From contig NC_083403.1 of NCBI RefSeq assembly GCF_020745735.1, positions 66,683,003 to 66,747,002 on the forward strand: a stretch of DNA of 64,000 bases. The letters are read 5' to 3'. Under the pieces are notes generated by a model. It was not told the DNA's origin and ran no database searches. It was given only the letters and a program-made list of their open reading frames with translations. Within the stretch, counting starts at the first letter, position 1. Each line of letters opens with the position of its first letter. The position numbers were made by a program, and so were the translations under genes. The DNA is from Hemiscyllium ocellatum (taxonomy: Eukaryota). This document shows, piece by piece, positions 25,793-38,124 of this stretch.

Positions 25793-26716
25793 AATGAATA
25801 TTACCATTCCACTTAACTGATTTTGAGTTTTCTGATGATCATGCTTGCAATAAGTTCAACAGATAGTGCTTTTTTGTAATGTCATAAGAATAGATGGTAG
25901 TACCAAGTTTTTTGGTTAAGTGTCAGTTATAAGGAAAATAGAAGGGAAAAAAAAATGGATGTAGGAGCTTCCACAAGTAGTGAGTGAGTGTTGGTCCGTC
26001 AATGAGTGAGTCTGGGGAATTAATCATGGGAAGCAAGGAAACGGCCAAGACTTTGAGCAAATATTTACTATTTCACTTTATTGTAGAAGTATCCTAATGA
26101 TAACAGCAGAAAAATCAAGATACAAAAGTGATCAAAAAATTATCACCAGACAAAACAATTATGAAAACAATTGGAACTGAAAGCTGAAAAATCCCCTGGT
26201 GATGACAGATTGCACCCAAGGGCCTTAAATGATGTGATCATAATGACAATGTATGCATTGGTTGCTCAAAAGTCCCGAGATTCTCGAAAGTCCCTGTGGA
26301 TTGGAAAAGTACATAAGTTTTTTTTGTTTTCACTCATGGGACGTGGACATTTATTACCCGTACCTGGTGACAGTGAAGGAATGGCGAAAAATTTCCAAGT
26401 CAGGATGGTGATTGTCTTTGAGGGGAACTTACAGATGGTGGTGTCCCCACGTATCTGCTGCCCATGTCCTTAGATGGAAGTGGTGATGGGTTAGAAAGTG
26501 CTGTGAGGGAGTGAGATTTTAGGATTTTGAACTAGCGATATTGAAGGAATGGCAATGTACCTTGGCCTGTGTCTATAGGTGATGCACAGGCTTTGGGGCT
26601 TTAGGATGTGAGTTACCCACAGGTTTCCTCAGGCAGAAGTTTATCAGGCTCTGGGTGATGTGGTCTATGGCAGGATGAGTGATAGAATTGGGTGAGATGT
26701 TCAGCAAGGCTCATCT

Positions 26717-26990
26717 CAACTAGGACAAAGTGAGGATTGCAGATGCTGGTGATCAGACAGTGAGTGAAGAGCCATGCAGATGAAGTCTGGTCCAGTCCAT
26801 TAACGAGGCATGTGTCCCTAAGCACATAGTGTCCCAGCAGCAGCATTTCAATGATAATTGTTGGTGCAGATTGAGGTGCTGGATTAAAGCGTAAGAATTC
26901 CCGATGAAGAGCTTATACTCGAAAAACTGACTCTCCTGCTCCTTGAATGCTGCCTGATTGGCTGTACTTTCCCAGCACCACACATTTTGA
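26717..26990. mobile_element. Family-A PLE-end insertion enclosing ~135 bp of non-PLE sequence
   Basis: Inverted tip at 26725-26756 and a plus-strand arm with decayed hammerhead at 26897-26990. 12-bp TSD caaggctcatct at 26705-26716 and 26991-27002. Confidence 0.75.
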
Positions 26991-29205
26991 CAAGGCTCAT
27001 CTGAAAATCAAGATGCATCACATCCCATCATTTCTGCTTTTGTCAGGTGAAATGGAGAGATTCTCGCTCGGCAGCAGTGCATTCCCAATTAACGTTCATC
27101 ATTGCTTGTGAAAAGGCATGTTAATAAACCAACTCACCAATGGTCGTGATCTTAACAATCCAAACCAGTTATCAGAAAAACATGATATGGAGCCAGAGTG
27201 AGTTCTTGGCAGGTCCAACTCGCCACTTGCTGCAAAAGATGTTGGATATCTGGCGCCAAAGTCTCGGACACGCTTGGCCAATGGGTATTAGCCACACGTA
27301 TTCCACATCCATGGACAGTGGCAACTGACATGTACCAACCTATAAGTACTATCATTGCACATCTCCAATCCATATACAGGATGTTTCTGCACTTTAATCC
27401 ATCACCTCAATCTGCAACAACAATTATCTTAGGGACACATGCCTTGTTAATGGACTGGACAAGACTGCATCTTCACTCACTGTCATAGCACCCACTCATC
27501 CTGAACCTGCCTGGATGCCTACGATATCTCTGCTTTACATCACCTTTTTTGTGCTTTGTCCAGTCTGCCAGAGATACTACATGCCTGGGGCAAATGTCAA
27601 GATAAATGCAGGGTAGTTCCAAACTGACAGTGCTTTTCTGGGTGTGCAGCGAGCTTTTAAATATGGTCTAGCATCAGGATGGTGGTAAATTCCAGAATTT
27701 ATAAGGAATAGTGAAGTACTCTGGGCACAGAGTGTGATAAGATAGGCCAAAAAGCAAACTAAAATGTCAAATAATGCAGCAGGTTTGGTAAGATACGATG
27801 AGAAAACCCAAACAGCGATATTCATTCTGCTAAACCCTACGCAACTTACACTGAGACAAAGAAAACCCATAATATTTCGCCCCTAATCTTGACCTGCATC
27901 ATCAATATATGGAGGCTTCTGAGAGAGGTTTCAGCATCTCGTCCAGTCTCTGACTATCTGGAGACCAGGTTTATGCCAATAAATCTGAAAGTCAGCGTTG
28001 AGAAAATGTGTACCATAGAACTTTAATAGCTTTCATGTGGAGGACTGACCTTGGCAGTGGCCAGGGAAAGCTGGCCAAATTTTAATTATCAAATAATAAG
28101 CAACCTGCAAAAATGTAAGGGGGCTGAAGTATGTAAAAAAAAGTGAAAGTAGAAAATTGCTAACTGCCGAGAAGGCTGAAAAATCAACAATTGTATTCTT
28201 TGATAGGAATAATTTAGGCACACTAATATAGTTTCCATAATTTATTAGAACAACACAAAAATGTTCAGTTCAAAATGGCCCAAAAATGTAACATCATGTA
28301 TCAATTGATTTTGTGCAAATTGCATTAAAACTTCTAACCACAAATATGCACAAAAAGACTGTACATGTTAGAGTTTCTATAAATATAGCTGAAAGAAATT
28401 GTCCCAAGTACAGAAAAATCACTGAGCACAATATTCAAGAACATTTAGTTTAAGTTTGTTTTTCCAAAATTATGATAAATCTTACTTGTTTCACATTTTG
28501 AAATCTGTGAATTGCATTTGATAGTACAACCCGGTATTGCTTTGAGTCACCCATCATTTTAGAAACAGAGAGAGGAGGTGCAACAGGAGACAAGCTGGCC
28601 CTTTGAGCCTGCTCCAACACTCAATATGATCATGGCTGGTCATCCAACTCAGTACCCTGTTCCCACTTTCTCCCACATCCTCTGATCCATTTGGCCCAAG
28701 AACTATGTTTAAAACCTTCTTGAAAACATTCAATGTTTTGCCCTCAACCACTTTCTGCCACCGAGGAGTCTAGAGGCTCACTACTCGCTTGGAGAAGAAA
28801 TTTCTCCTCCTAGAGTCATATACAGATGTAGAGCACGGAAATCGACCCTTTGGTCCAACTCGTCCATGCTGACCAGATATTCTAACCCAATCTAGTCCCA
28901 CCTGCCAGCACTGGCCCATATCCCTCCAAACCCTTCCTTTTACTGTTGCAATTGTACCAGCCTCCACCACGTCCTCTGGCAGCTCATTCCATACACGTAC
29001 CACCCTCTGAGTGAAAAAGTTGCCCCTTAGGTCTCTTTTATATCTTTCCCCTCTCACCCTAAACCTATACCTCTAGTTCTGGACTCCCCCACACTAGGGG
29101 AAAGACTGTCTATTTATCCTATTCATGCCCCTCATGATTTTATAAACCTCTATAAGGTTTTCCATCAATCTCCGACACTCCAGGGAAAACAGCCCCAGCC
29201 TATTC

Positions 29206-29541
29206 AACCACACACGCAGATGACAAGTAACATGAATTCGACTGGGACAACACTAATATTATAGGACAAGCCAAACAGAGAACAGCCACGGAATTCCTAG
29301 AGGCATGGCACTCATCCACAGATTCAATCAATAAGCACATCGACCTAGACCCAATATACCAACCACTGCAGCGGACAGCTGGAACTGACAACTGGAAGCG
29401 GCAGAGACAAACCACTACAAATGCCGGAGGAAAGATCACAGAAGAGCTTCGCAGGAGGCTCCCAAGCACTGAGGATGTTACCTAGACAGGGGACGAAACG
29501 TCTGCAACACAAATTCTCTGCTCAGCGAACAGAACCACAAC
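29206..29541 (+). mobile_element. Second PLE family (Poseidon-like) 3' end: GIY-YIG C-terminus plus hammerhead (family C)
   Basis: Translation HEFDWDNTNIIGQAKQRTATEFLEAWHSSTDSINKHIDLDPIYQPL, followed by a hammerhead at 29466-29505. Confidence 0.85.
29466..29505 (+). ncRNA. Minimal type I hammerhead ribozyme, family C
   Basis: gca|CTGAGGA|t|gttacc-tagaca-ggggac|GAAA|cg|tc|tgc. Stem I is gca/tgc, stem II has one mismatch, and the cleavage triplet is GUC. Confidence 0.8.
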
Positions 29542-30837
29542 ATCCTTGTAAATTGTTTCTGAACCCTTTCAAGTTTCACAACATCTTTCTGATAGGTGGG
29601 AGACCAAAATTGCATGCAACATTCCAACAGTGGCCTACTCCATATTCTTAAACTGTGACCCCTGGTTCTAGGCTCCCTGGTCATCAGGAACATCCCTCCT
29701 GTGTTTAGCAATCTAGGCCTGTTAGAATTTTATAGGATCTATGAAACACTCTGAATATTCTAAACTCCAGCGAATATGATTATGACTCATCCAGTTTCTC
29801 ATCATATGTCAGACCTGCTCTCCTGGAAATTACTTTGAAAAACCTTTCTTGCGATAGCTCTACACCTAGAGCATCCTTTCTAACATGAGAAGACCTAAAC
29901 CTTATACAATAATCTAGGTATGATCTAATCTAGGCCTACAAAATTGCATCAAAACATCCTTGATCCTGTAGTCGAATCATCTCACTATGAAGACCAACAT
30001 ATGCTTGCTTCTTCCTTACCTGCTGCATCTCCAGCAGGTTTACCTCCAGTGAGTGATGTACAACGACACTAAGGTTCATTGCAGCTGGCCCTTTCCCAAC
30101 CTATTGTCATTCAGATAACCTACCTTCTTGTTTTTGCTACTAAAGTGGATAATCTCATATTTATCTACATAATAGTTCACCTGCCATGCATTTACCCACT
30201 CGACTTGTTTTGCAGCAGGAAAGAATAGCCTTTGTTGTTCAAAATGTCTTCACTGCTGAGAGATTGTGCATTCTGCCCAAGGGATTCAAAACCTATTCAT
30301 TCTGCAATTTACAAACTTTCAAATGATGTTTAGCCTAACTCCCAAGATAACACTTTGTCCTTCCAGTAATTTTGTATCCAACCAGTCTAACAATTTGCAC
30401 AGACAAGTAAACGTAGCTGAAATATTTGTTATCCTGACAAATATACAACAAAGATCAAATTGTTTTCCTGCCCCTGCCTCGTACAAAAATCTGTATAATT
30501 GGATTTCAATAACACCATAAAAACTCTGCACGGGTGACTGCACATTTTCTTTTCAAGTTAGAGTGGAGGCAACATGTCCTTTACAGCATTGACTTCCAAA
30601 GCTAACTGCAACCATGTACAGAACTGTTTTCAGGATCGTTGTATCATGCAATGTCCTCATTGTGTACCTGCAACATTTAGTTTTGAAAGTTTAGAATGAT
30701 TTAAAACTGTGATTGAATGTGGCACATTCTTAGACACTGATAATGACCTATTATGGAAAAAGATAGAGTCATAGAAAATGCCCTTAGGCCTATTGAGTCT
30801 GCTCCAGTCAATAACAAGCAAACTGACTATTCTAATG

Positions 30838-31060
30838 ATTTGGAGATGCTGGTGTTGGACTGGGGTATAAAACGTTAAAAATCACACAACACCAGGTTAT
30901 AGTGCAACAGGTTTAATTGGAAGCACACTAGCTTTCGGAGCGATACTCCTTCACCAGGTGATTGTCCAGATGTTGATCACCTGATGAAGGAGCGTCGCTC
31001 CGAAAGCTAGTGTGCTTCCAATTAAACCTGTTGGACTATAACCTGGTGTTGTGTGATTTT
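30838..31060. mobile_element. Family-B PLE-end tail-outward inverted pair
   Basis: 30877-30962 is the reverse complement of 30976-31061. TSD tgactattctaatg (30824-30837) and tgactattataatg (31061-31074). Confidence 0.9.
30978..31012 (+). ncRNA. Minimal type I hammerhead ribozyme, family B (intact)
   Basis: cac|CTGATGA|a|ggagc-gtc-gctcc|GAAA|gc|ta|gtg. Perfect 5-bp stem II, palindromic AGCT stem III, CUA cleavage triplet. Confidence 0.85.
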
Positions 31061-34000
31061 TGACTATTATAATGCCATCTTCCAGCAATTGGGCCATAGC
31101 CGTTGGCAAGTACACATCTAAGTACCTAAATGTCATGAGGCATCTGCGTCCAACACTCATGTGGGCAATGAATCCTACATTACTACTACCCTCTGGGTGA
31201 AAATATTTTTCCTTACATCTCCTCTATGTCCTCTGCCCCTTACTTAACTCTATTCCCACCCCCCATCCCTCAATCAAGGGGAAAAGGAACTGCCTTAAAA
31301 TTGCATGGCTCTCCTCATAACTCTGTCTGCATTCTTGCAATGATTGCTACCAATTTTGTGTAGGATCCTGAGAAAGGTGGCTCAGATATACACTTGTTCC
31401 AGAGGGATAGTACAGTGAAATAACTGTTACAATGAGATCCTGGATGAGGATTCTCAATTTATTTTGTTTCCAGATGGTATATTTGAAAACTTGCAAATTC
31501 CTGGGTGGGGAGGTATAAAAAGCTTATCATCCTTAATCACCTGCACCCCCCACTCCCCACCCCACAACCTCTCCCCCCCACCCTCCTTGTTTGTTTGCAT
31601 GAAGGTTCTTTACAAAGGATCTCCTCCGTTTCTCTCAGAATAAAAAAAAGTTTAGAAAAGGAGACTTTTTAATCTGTTTCTTGAGTTGACCAAGAATGAA
31701 TTTCTAAATGCAAGATGAAATTAATACTGAAACACAAATTGGAAAATATGAAGTGAGTCCAAGAAAAGATAAACGTTAACAGATATATTAATCAGTCTCT
31801 GAGTTTTTCATAGAACATTGACACTGAGCACTTAGCTTTGAGATTCTTGGCTTTGTAGGTTAGTTAAAATTATCTTGCCCTGTTGACTTGCTTACTGACT
31901 GGCCTCCAGGACTCAGAGTTGGTGAATCCTTTACGTGCTGGGGTGACCAGTGGCTGGTTCTTCAACTGTGACTTTTACAGCATACTTAGCCTTGAACCCA
32001 AGCTCGTGCACACAACCAGCTCAGCTCAAAAACACTTTTAACTCCAACCATTATGTATTCTTTAAAACAGGAACATGTCTCTCGGTCACATTGCTGCCTT
32101 TTCTCCCATCACATTCGCAGTCAGATATTCTCAAAGGACATTACAGTGCAATTTGAACTGTGTTTTGTCCTTTGAATGTTCCTTGACACCTTCAGATATG
32201 CAATTCACGTGTTCCTCTTCAGATAGTTACTGAATTTACATCAATAATCGACTGTTGGCTGTACCAGCCAAGTAATTACATGTTGTAAGTAAAAATTTCA
32301 TTATATTCATAGGTAATCCAGGTCTCTGAGCCACGGTCGTGACATCAGGATGAAGTGAGTAGCAGGGAAACAGCCCACACATTTTTTGTTCAGTGGAGAA
32401 TTAAGAATGAGCCCATTTTGCTTGCAAGCACTCTTTCGGGCAAAAAAGAAAGGCCCAGCTAAAAGTGTGGTACAGCAGTAAATACGTTAAAAATGTCTTT
32501 ATTGTTAATGGCAACTCCACTGTAATTGCAATATTCAAAATAAACAGTGTTCTCTTTTGACTCCCACTTACTTCGATTCTTGACTGGGGATATGCATTGC
32601 CAAAAGTTTTCAAAGCAAACAGCAGATAAGGATAAATTCTTGAAACAAAAGGAACGTAGGTGATACAACAGGCTTAGTTTTATATAGCTGTAGCAACAAG
32701 CTGTCAAAGCAAGGAACTGCAAATGATACTTTACTTGGACAACTGACTTAGAATTCTGATCTCATGACCAAATAATTCTACCCTTACATGAAGTGGAGGA
32801 ACATGAATATGAGAAGTCAATAATATAAAATGTTAGTACTTTCTTTCCTTTTGTCATAAATTAGCACACTGCTTTTTTTCTTCTATTGCTAGTTCTTTTT
32901 AACTACAGTGATACAGTTCCTCTTAGCATTTTTGACTGGTACATGTTCCATCTAATGTGAGATTAAAGGAAGTAAGGATTGCTCATTTTACTGCATGAAA
33001 AAAATGTTACAATGAACACTGTACCTAATCCAAAACAAAATCAGCATGTGCCTTATCAATAAGTAATGGTTCCAACACGTCTGCACTTCCCTCTGTATAA
33101 TGGTGAACTAGCAATTCAAGTGGTCTTCGGAATCTATGTAAATCAATTCACTAGCATTTGGAATAGGATTAGACTTAATCAAGTTACTTAGGATGGAATT
33201 TTCCTCAATGGTGTTATCATTTATGAAGTTTCTCAACCAATTTGAAAGCACACTTAAGATGTTCCTTTTATCTTCAATATTCACTGCTGCACTTTTTAAA
33301 AACTTATTTTAACTCTTTAATGTCAAATATCTGTATTTTAGTTTCAAATTGGTGTTAGGTTTTCCTCATTTAATTGCTTTTTATTCTGCTGTATTATCCT
33401 TACATTATCTAGCAGGTAGTTATTTCAGCTAGTTTTCCTGTTGGGGTTGCAAAGTGTATTTATCCCACCTTCACATAACACAACAGTTAGAACTGGAATC
33501 TCCTACACCCAAACTTAGTATTGTCATTTCTGTGAACAACCTTGGTTCTTTATTTGAGTAATCTCTGAGAGATCTGTTAGTGGTGATTAGCATGTCTGTG
33601 TTTGTCAGTGGATCATTTGATATCCACTTCTGTTGGTTCTTTCTGAATTGAGGCCTGAATTTTCACAATGGCAGCAACCTTCATAATGGGTACAAAGGGT
33701 GAAGGGAGTAGATATAGGGGAATTGGTCAGCGTGCAGGGTATGAAGAGCCATAGGTATTGTGTGTGGGTGAGAGGGGTGAGTGTTGTTGTTTGCCTATTC
33801 ATGGCAGAATTATTTTAAAAAGTCCTGCATCCTATCTTGATGTTAGGCATGTCTTGCTCCTTTTATGTTTTTCACATGTGGCAGGGTGAGTTTCTCACTA
33901 AGCAATTGCTAATTCAGGGGGGTTATTGTTTGTGAATTTCTTTGTTATCAGCCCGCCTTGCCTGATCAATATTCAGCTATTTTACCAAACTGGCCAAACA

Positions 34001-34799
34001 AGTTCCAATTTAGGGCTTCCCAACATCTCAGGGCACCAGCCACATGTACCCTACATCTGCAAACATTGGCATTAGATAGATGTCAGGCTCCAAAATTCTT
34101 CATGGCACATCTCCAGTATGTTCACAGGACAAGGCCACATCCCAAGTTTTTTGTTTGGTGTCATAGTGCACACTAATCCTGCATCTACCTCACAGCATCA
34201 CTGCCTTGCATTTCCTTTTTCTACTTTCCCCTCAGCCAGGGTCTCATAATAATTGCCTTGCTATTTAGTGTAGTTATAAAAGAAGGACGCTTAACAATGT
34301 TGTCAAGAAGCCTTAGTCAAGTCAAGGGGAATTGCCTTTTTCTCAGGGGTCCCCACACAGTAAGTCACGGATTCCCTCCAATACCGCTGCAGGGGTTTGG
34401 AAATGGTCAGTCTGTCATTCAGAGCTGTCAGAATCAGGATGTTTGCTCTCCACATAATGGTGAGGTGCTGAATATCAGACAGCCCATAGCTTGTCTTGAA
34501 TCTTTCTGCCCTATTGGAGACTAATTTTCTCCTGAAATGTATGTGTGTGTGAGAGAGAGGGGTATTGAGGGAGATGAAAGTGGATGGAACAACTATTACT
34601 TTTGGTGTAGATGGGGAGGTATCCTGAGCAAGTGAGTAGGCAGAGCAGAGAATCTGCAGGGTTCACAGTGTTGCAGATTGGTGTAGTTAATAGATGTTGA
34701 GGGAGTGTATTACAGGCTTTAGTGAGAGTAGTGTAGTGGCTTGATGAGAGGTGAGTACAGTAACAGAGATAGAGTGAGTGTGAGGTATCAAACAGAAGA

Positions 34800-35026
34800 T
34801 ACTAATATTTTTGCTGATGGAGTGGAGAATGGATTTTGATCTTCTTCCTACAATGCTGGGCAGTTCTCCAGCTGCTGAGACTGCACTGACTTGGCAACCT
34901 TGGCTGAGGTTGGCATGGTCTCTACAGCTGGTGCTGGAGAAAGAGGAAGTCCCACCTCTGCACCTCCCTGCAGAGGAGCCCCACCAGGTCCTTGCCAATC
35001 AGGCATCAATTTCCCTGTCAGCCATG
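34800..35026 (-). pseudogene. Decayed Myb/SANT-like DNA-binding gene of a Harbinger/PIF transposon (NAIF1-like)
   Basis: Frameshift-corrected translation MADRE...DLVGLLCREVQRWDFLF...AKVA/VSAVSAA/RTAQHCRKKI fits the Myb/SANT-like RTxxQCRKK motif. Confidence 0.5.
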
Positions 35027-36089
35027 TCCGGATAAAATATCAGGAACTGTGAAGGACAAATCCCAATTAAAACCTATTGTCCAAGTTCGCCATGAGCTTT
35101 TGTGGATGGCATAGGTTCATCGGATGCCTGTGAATTCTAGAATATCCAGAGAGTGACAAATGTTCTGGGAATGGTAAGTGGTAACATGGGGTTGGAATAG
35201 GATGTGAGAGTTGCCAAAGGTAGATAATGAATATGGTGCTTTTGGTAAGATAAGGTGCAAGAACTCGCTCGTCCTCACAGTAAGAAACCTTCCAGAATAG
35301 TTGTTGCAATTTGGGATTCGGCAAAAAGTAAGATTTAGCCCTATGTATTTTTTTTATTGATGGACAATGACTGGCGTGCTTCTTCCCACTGAAAGCAATG
35401 ATAACATTGCCTTCACTGTTTGTCATTATTGTTTTACAATCAAAAGACAATTGTCTGGTAAACCTAAACCTAAACCAAATGAAGGAGTGCTTGTGATAGT
35501 TGGGTAACAGTCTTTTCCTGGTAATTTTCAACTCTGATTATGATAACAATATAACAGTGATAGAGGAAAGCTTTTAGTAAGTTTTCATTGTGTACCAGCT
35601 GCTAATGTAGAAATCCCAGTTCAGTTATATTTAAATGTATTAAAATTCATCTCTGGTCATCATTCTAATAATATATTCATATGAAATTAATACTTTCTCC
35701 CATTTTTGTTATATTTTGACATATTGGCTGCAAAAGTATGACTGGAGTGGTTTCATTAAAATGACTCATAATGGTTTAAGGTAAAACTTTGTTTTTGAAA
35801 ATGACTAGATATCAAAATGTGTGTTGTCTCCAAGAATGAATAATTTCTGTCACAAGCTAGATCTTTAAAATGCTGGAACTTGGATTGGTAAGTTACTAAG
35901 ATGGACAACCTACTTAGAGACTGAGAACACCAATATAAAATTCATGAGGTTATTGGATAGTGGCTGTGCCAGAAAGATTCACTATATATTGCTCCTTGTA
36001 AATGGAAAATGGGTTCAAATTATTGAGTAGGAAATTTCAGTAATAAGATCCCTGCTTGATTTTTGTTGAGACAGTTACACAAGGAACTT

Positions 36090-36310
36090 AGTATGTAATA
36101 AATTGCTTTGTGAACTAGAAGACATGAGTTCAAATCCCAATAGAGTTAAACATGAAATGAAATTCAGTAAGTATTTTAATTTGTGAGGTAGTTAGTGATC
36201 ATGAAAGCCTCCTAAATTGTCAGAACAGAAACAATTGCTTCACTAATGTCATTTACAGACAACCCTATGGCACTAACCAGTCTGATTTAAATGTGACTCC
36301 AGATCCAGGA
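36090..36310 (+). mobile_element. Decayed tRNA-derived SINE
   Basis: B-box-like gagttcaaatccc followed by ttcactaatgtc...atgtgactccagat, which I recognise as a shark SINE body. Confidence 0.45.
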
Positions 36311-38124
36311 ATTCCCACCAAATTGGCAGCAAAATACTCCCTGCAAACTTACTCATGGTACCCATTTAACATTCAGAAGAAAGGTACAGTGAGGATCAAC
36401 TATCCAGTCCACTTCAGCAGAAGTTTTGCAATTGTAGTTTACAAATAAGTTTGCCACATGTTGAAGCAGTAGTTAATCCTTTAACAGAAAACAACACTAG
36501 TAACTACTCATAAGCCAAAACTTTATCACTGTTTTTGTGTGAGATTGAGCTTAAGGGTTAATTTTTGGAATAAAATCAGAAAATGCTAGAAATGCTCAAG
36601 TGTCTAGCAGTGGTGACACAATCAGAGTTCACATTTTTGCTTTGTGTCACTTCATTGGAATAGCTTTTAAGTATAACAAGGATCTTCACCTACTACCAGT
36701 GCATGATAGAAAATGAAGTAAATGATTCTCTGATCTAAAATTTTCAAGTCTTTTTAATGCCAGCACGTATACCAAGTATGGTCCCCTAAGTTTTAGGACT
36801 GAGGAGTAGAGGTGCAAAACACTGTCTAAGCCAAATCATGTTTTCAAATTGTCTTACTAATGGTTACTATTACTTCAAGATCCTTTTTCTTCTATGGCTC
36901 AGGCCTCCTTGGGAGTATTGCTTGCCAAAAAAAACAAAACAGACAATCAAGTGGCTTCTGGGCTGGTATCTGAGTTAAAAAAAAGTAGACATGTGCTTTA
37001 ATTTGCTTTGGAGTTAAAACTCTTAACTTTCTTGCTCTCCAGACTGAATGGACTGTTGTTTTTCTGATTTGAATTAACTTCAGATTATCTCCCTCATTTT
37101 AGTGCTTGAGGCCAATTAAAGAAAATTGTTCAACAAATGAATGAAATTATTGCTCAAAATTGCAAGTCAGAACATCATTCCCATTTAGAAACAAGCATAA
37201 TACATCTTAGACATTGAAACACAGTTGATTATAAACTTTGTTTTGAGAATTCATGAAGCAAAGGATAACTCTTACTATTGAATAATTCAGACCAGCCAAG
37301 CTGAAACATGAAAGACTGGTGAAATCGGTCGTGCTAAATCTTTTCAAAATTCAGTTTTCAAATCAGCTCTGACAGTAATTCAAAACAGAGGTGCACTGTA
37401 TATCTAATATCTTTCTAACCGGTAGTTGAAAAATCAAAGGGAAATAGATAGAGCTCAATATTACTTGAGATTGTTATGATTTCAGCTGATGTTTCTATCA
37501 GACAAGTCAAATCAAGGGTGACTTGGCTTGATAATCATTTTTTTCTGATGGGGTGATCATTCAAGGAGCATCAGCAAATGAGGCTGTAAATTTAGTCTAT
37601 AACAATCAAATAGTTCACAAAATAAATAAAATGGAGTAAACCAAACAAAGCCAGTTAAATATAACACGGTTTTAAAGATTTCAAACACATGATAAAACCA
37701 AATTTCATTCATTTCTCAAAGCCATCACTTTACATCTGCTCAAAGATGAGAGAAATTTTCCTTCCCCATCCAATCTGTAAGTTTGAGTTAACTGCGTCTT
37801 GTCAGTTATGGTCCTGCAAACTGTAAAATACTTTTATAATCACACATTATAAAATGTGTGGAGCTTTAGTTTTCTTAGTCTCTTAATAACCTGCAGGGTT
37901 CCAACAAAATGGACAAAGTCTGGAAGTTCCACAGATTACATTTCTTCACTATTTTCTTAGTTTCTTTAAAAATGTTCCTTTTTCTTGGGAGAGACTGTTT
38001 TAAAAGAACTTGCATCTGAATTGAGTTAGATATCCTTTCAATTATCCAACAGCATTCCAATCTCTGGATTTTCTCTGAGCAAAAATTAATCCTTGGTTAT
38101 TCTAAACTCTCTAACCGAAAAAAG

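Larger units (their letters stand above)
28560..30200 (-). mobile_element. Nested CR1 LINEs: older CR1 (28560-28810, ~29640-30200) containing a HER1-type fragment (~28811-29640)
   Basis: ORF-track chimeras ...GRFPCSTSVYDS|RRRNFFSKRVVSL and RTRGHSLRIW|SRPLLECCMQFWSP mark the junctions. Confidence 0.85.
30765..31290 (-). mobile_element. Decayed CR1 3' end hosting a family-B inverted pair
   Basis: tagagtcatagaa tail and accaccctctgggtgaaa-like CR1 3' sequence on both sides of the insertion. Confidence 0.65.

Noticed and set aside
32572-32716. Possible minus-strand exon (ttgcag acceptor, GAA|gtaagt donor, open in one frame: FLALTACCYSY...)
   Set aside because: Weak polypyrimidine tract, no recognisable protein and no partner exons. 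It needs RNA-seq evidence.
35067-35531. 154-aa minus-strand ORF
   Set aside because: Non-ATG start, no recognisable domain and no splice support.
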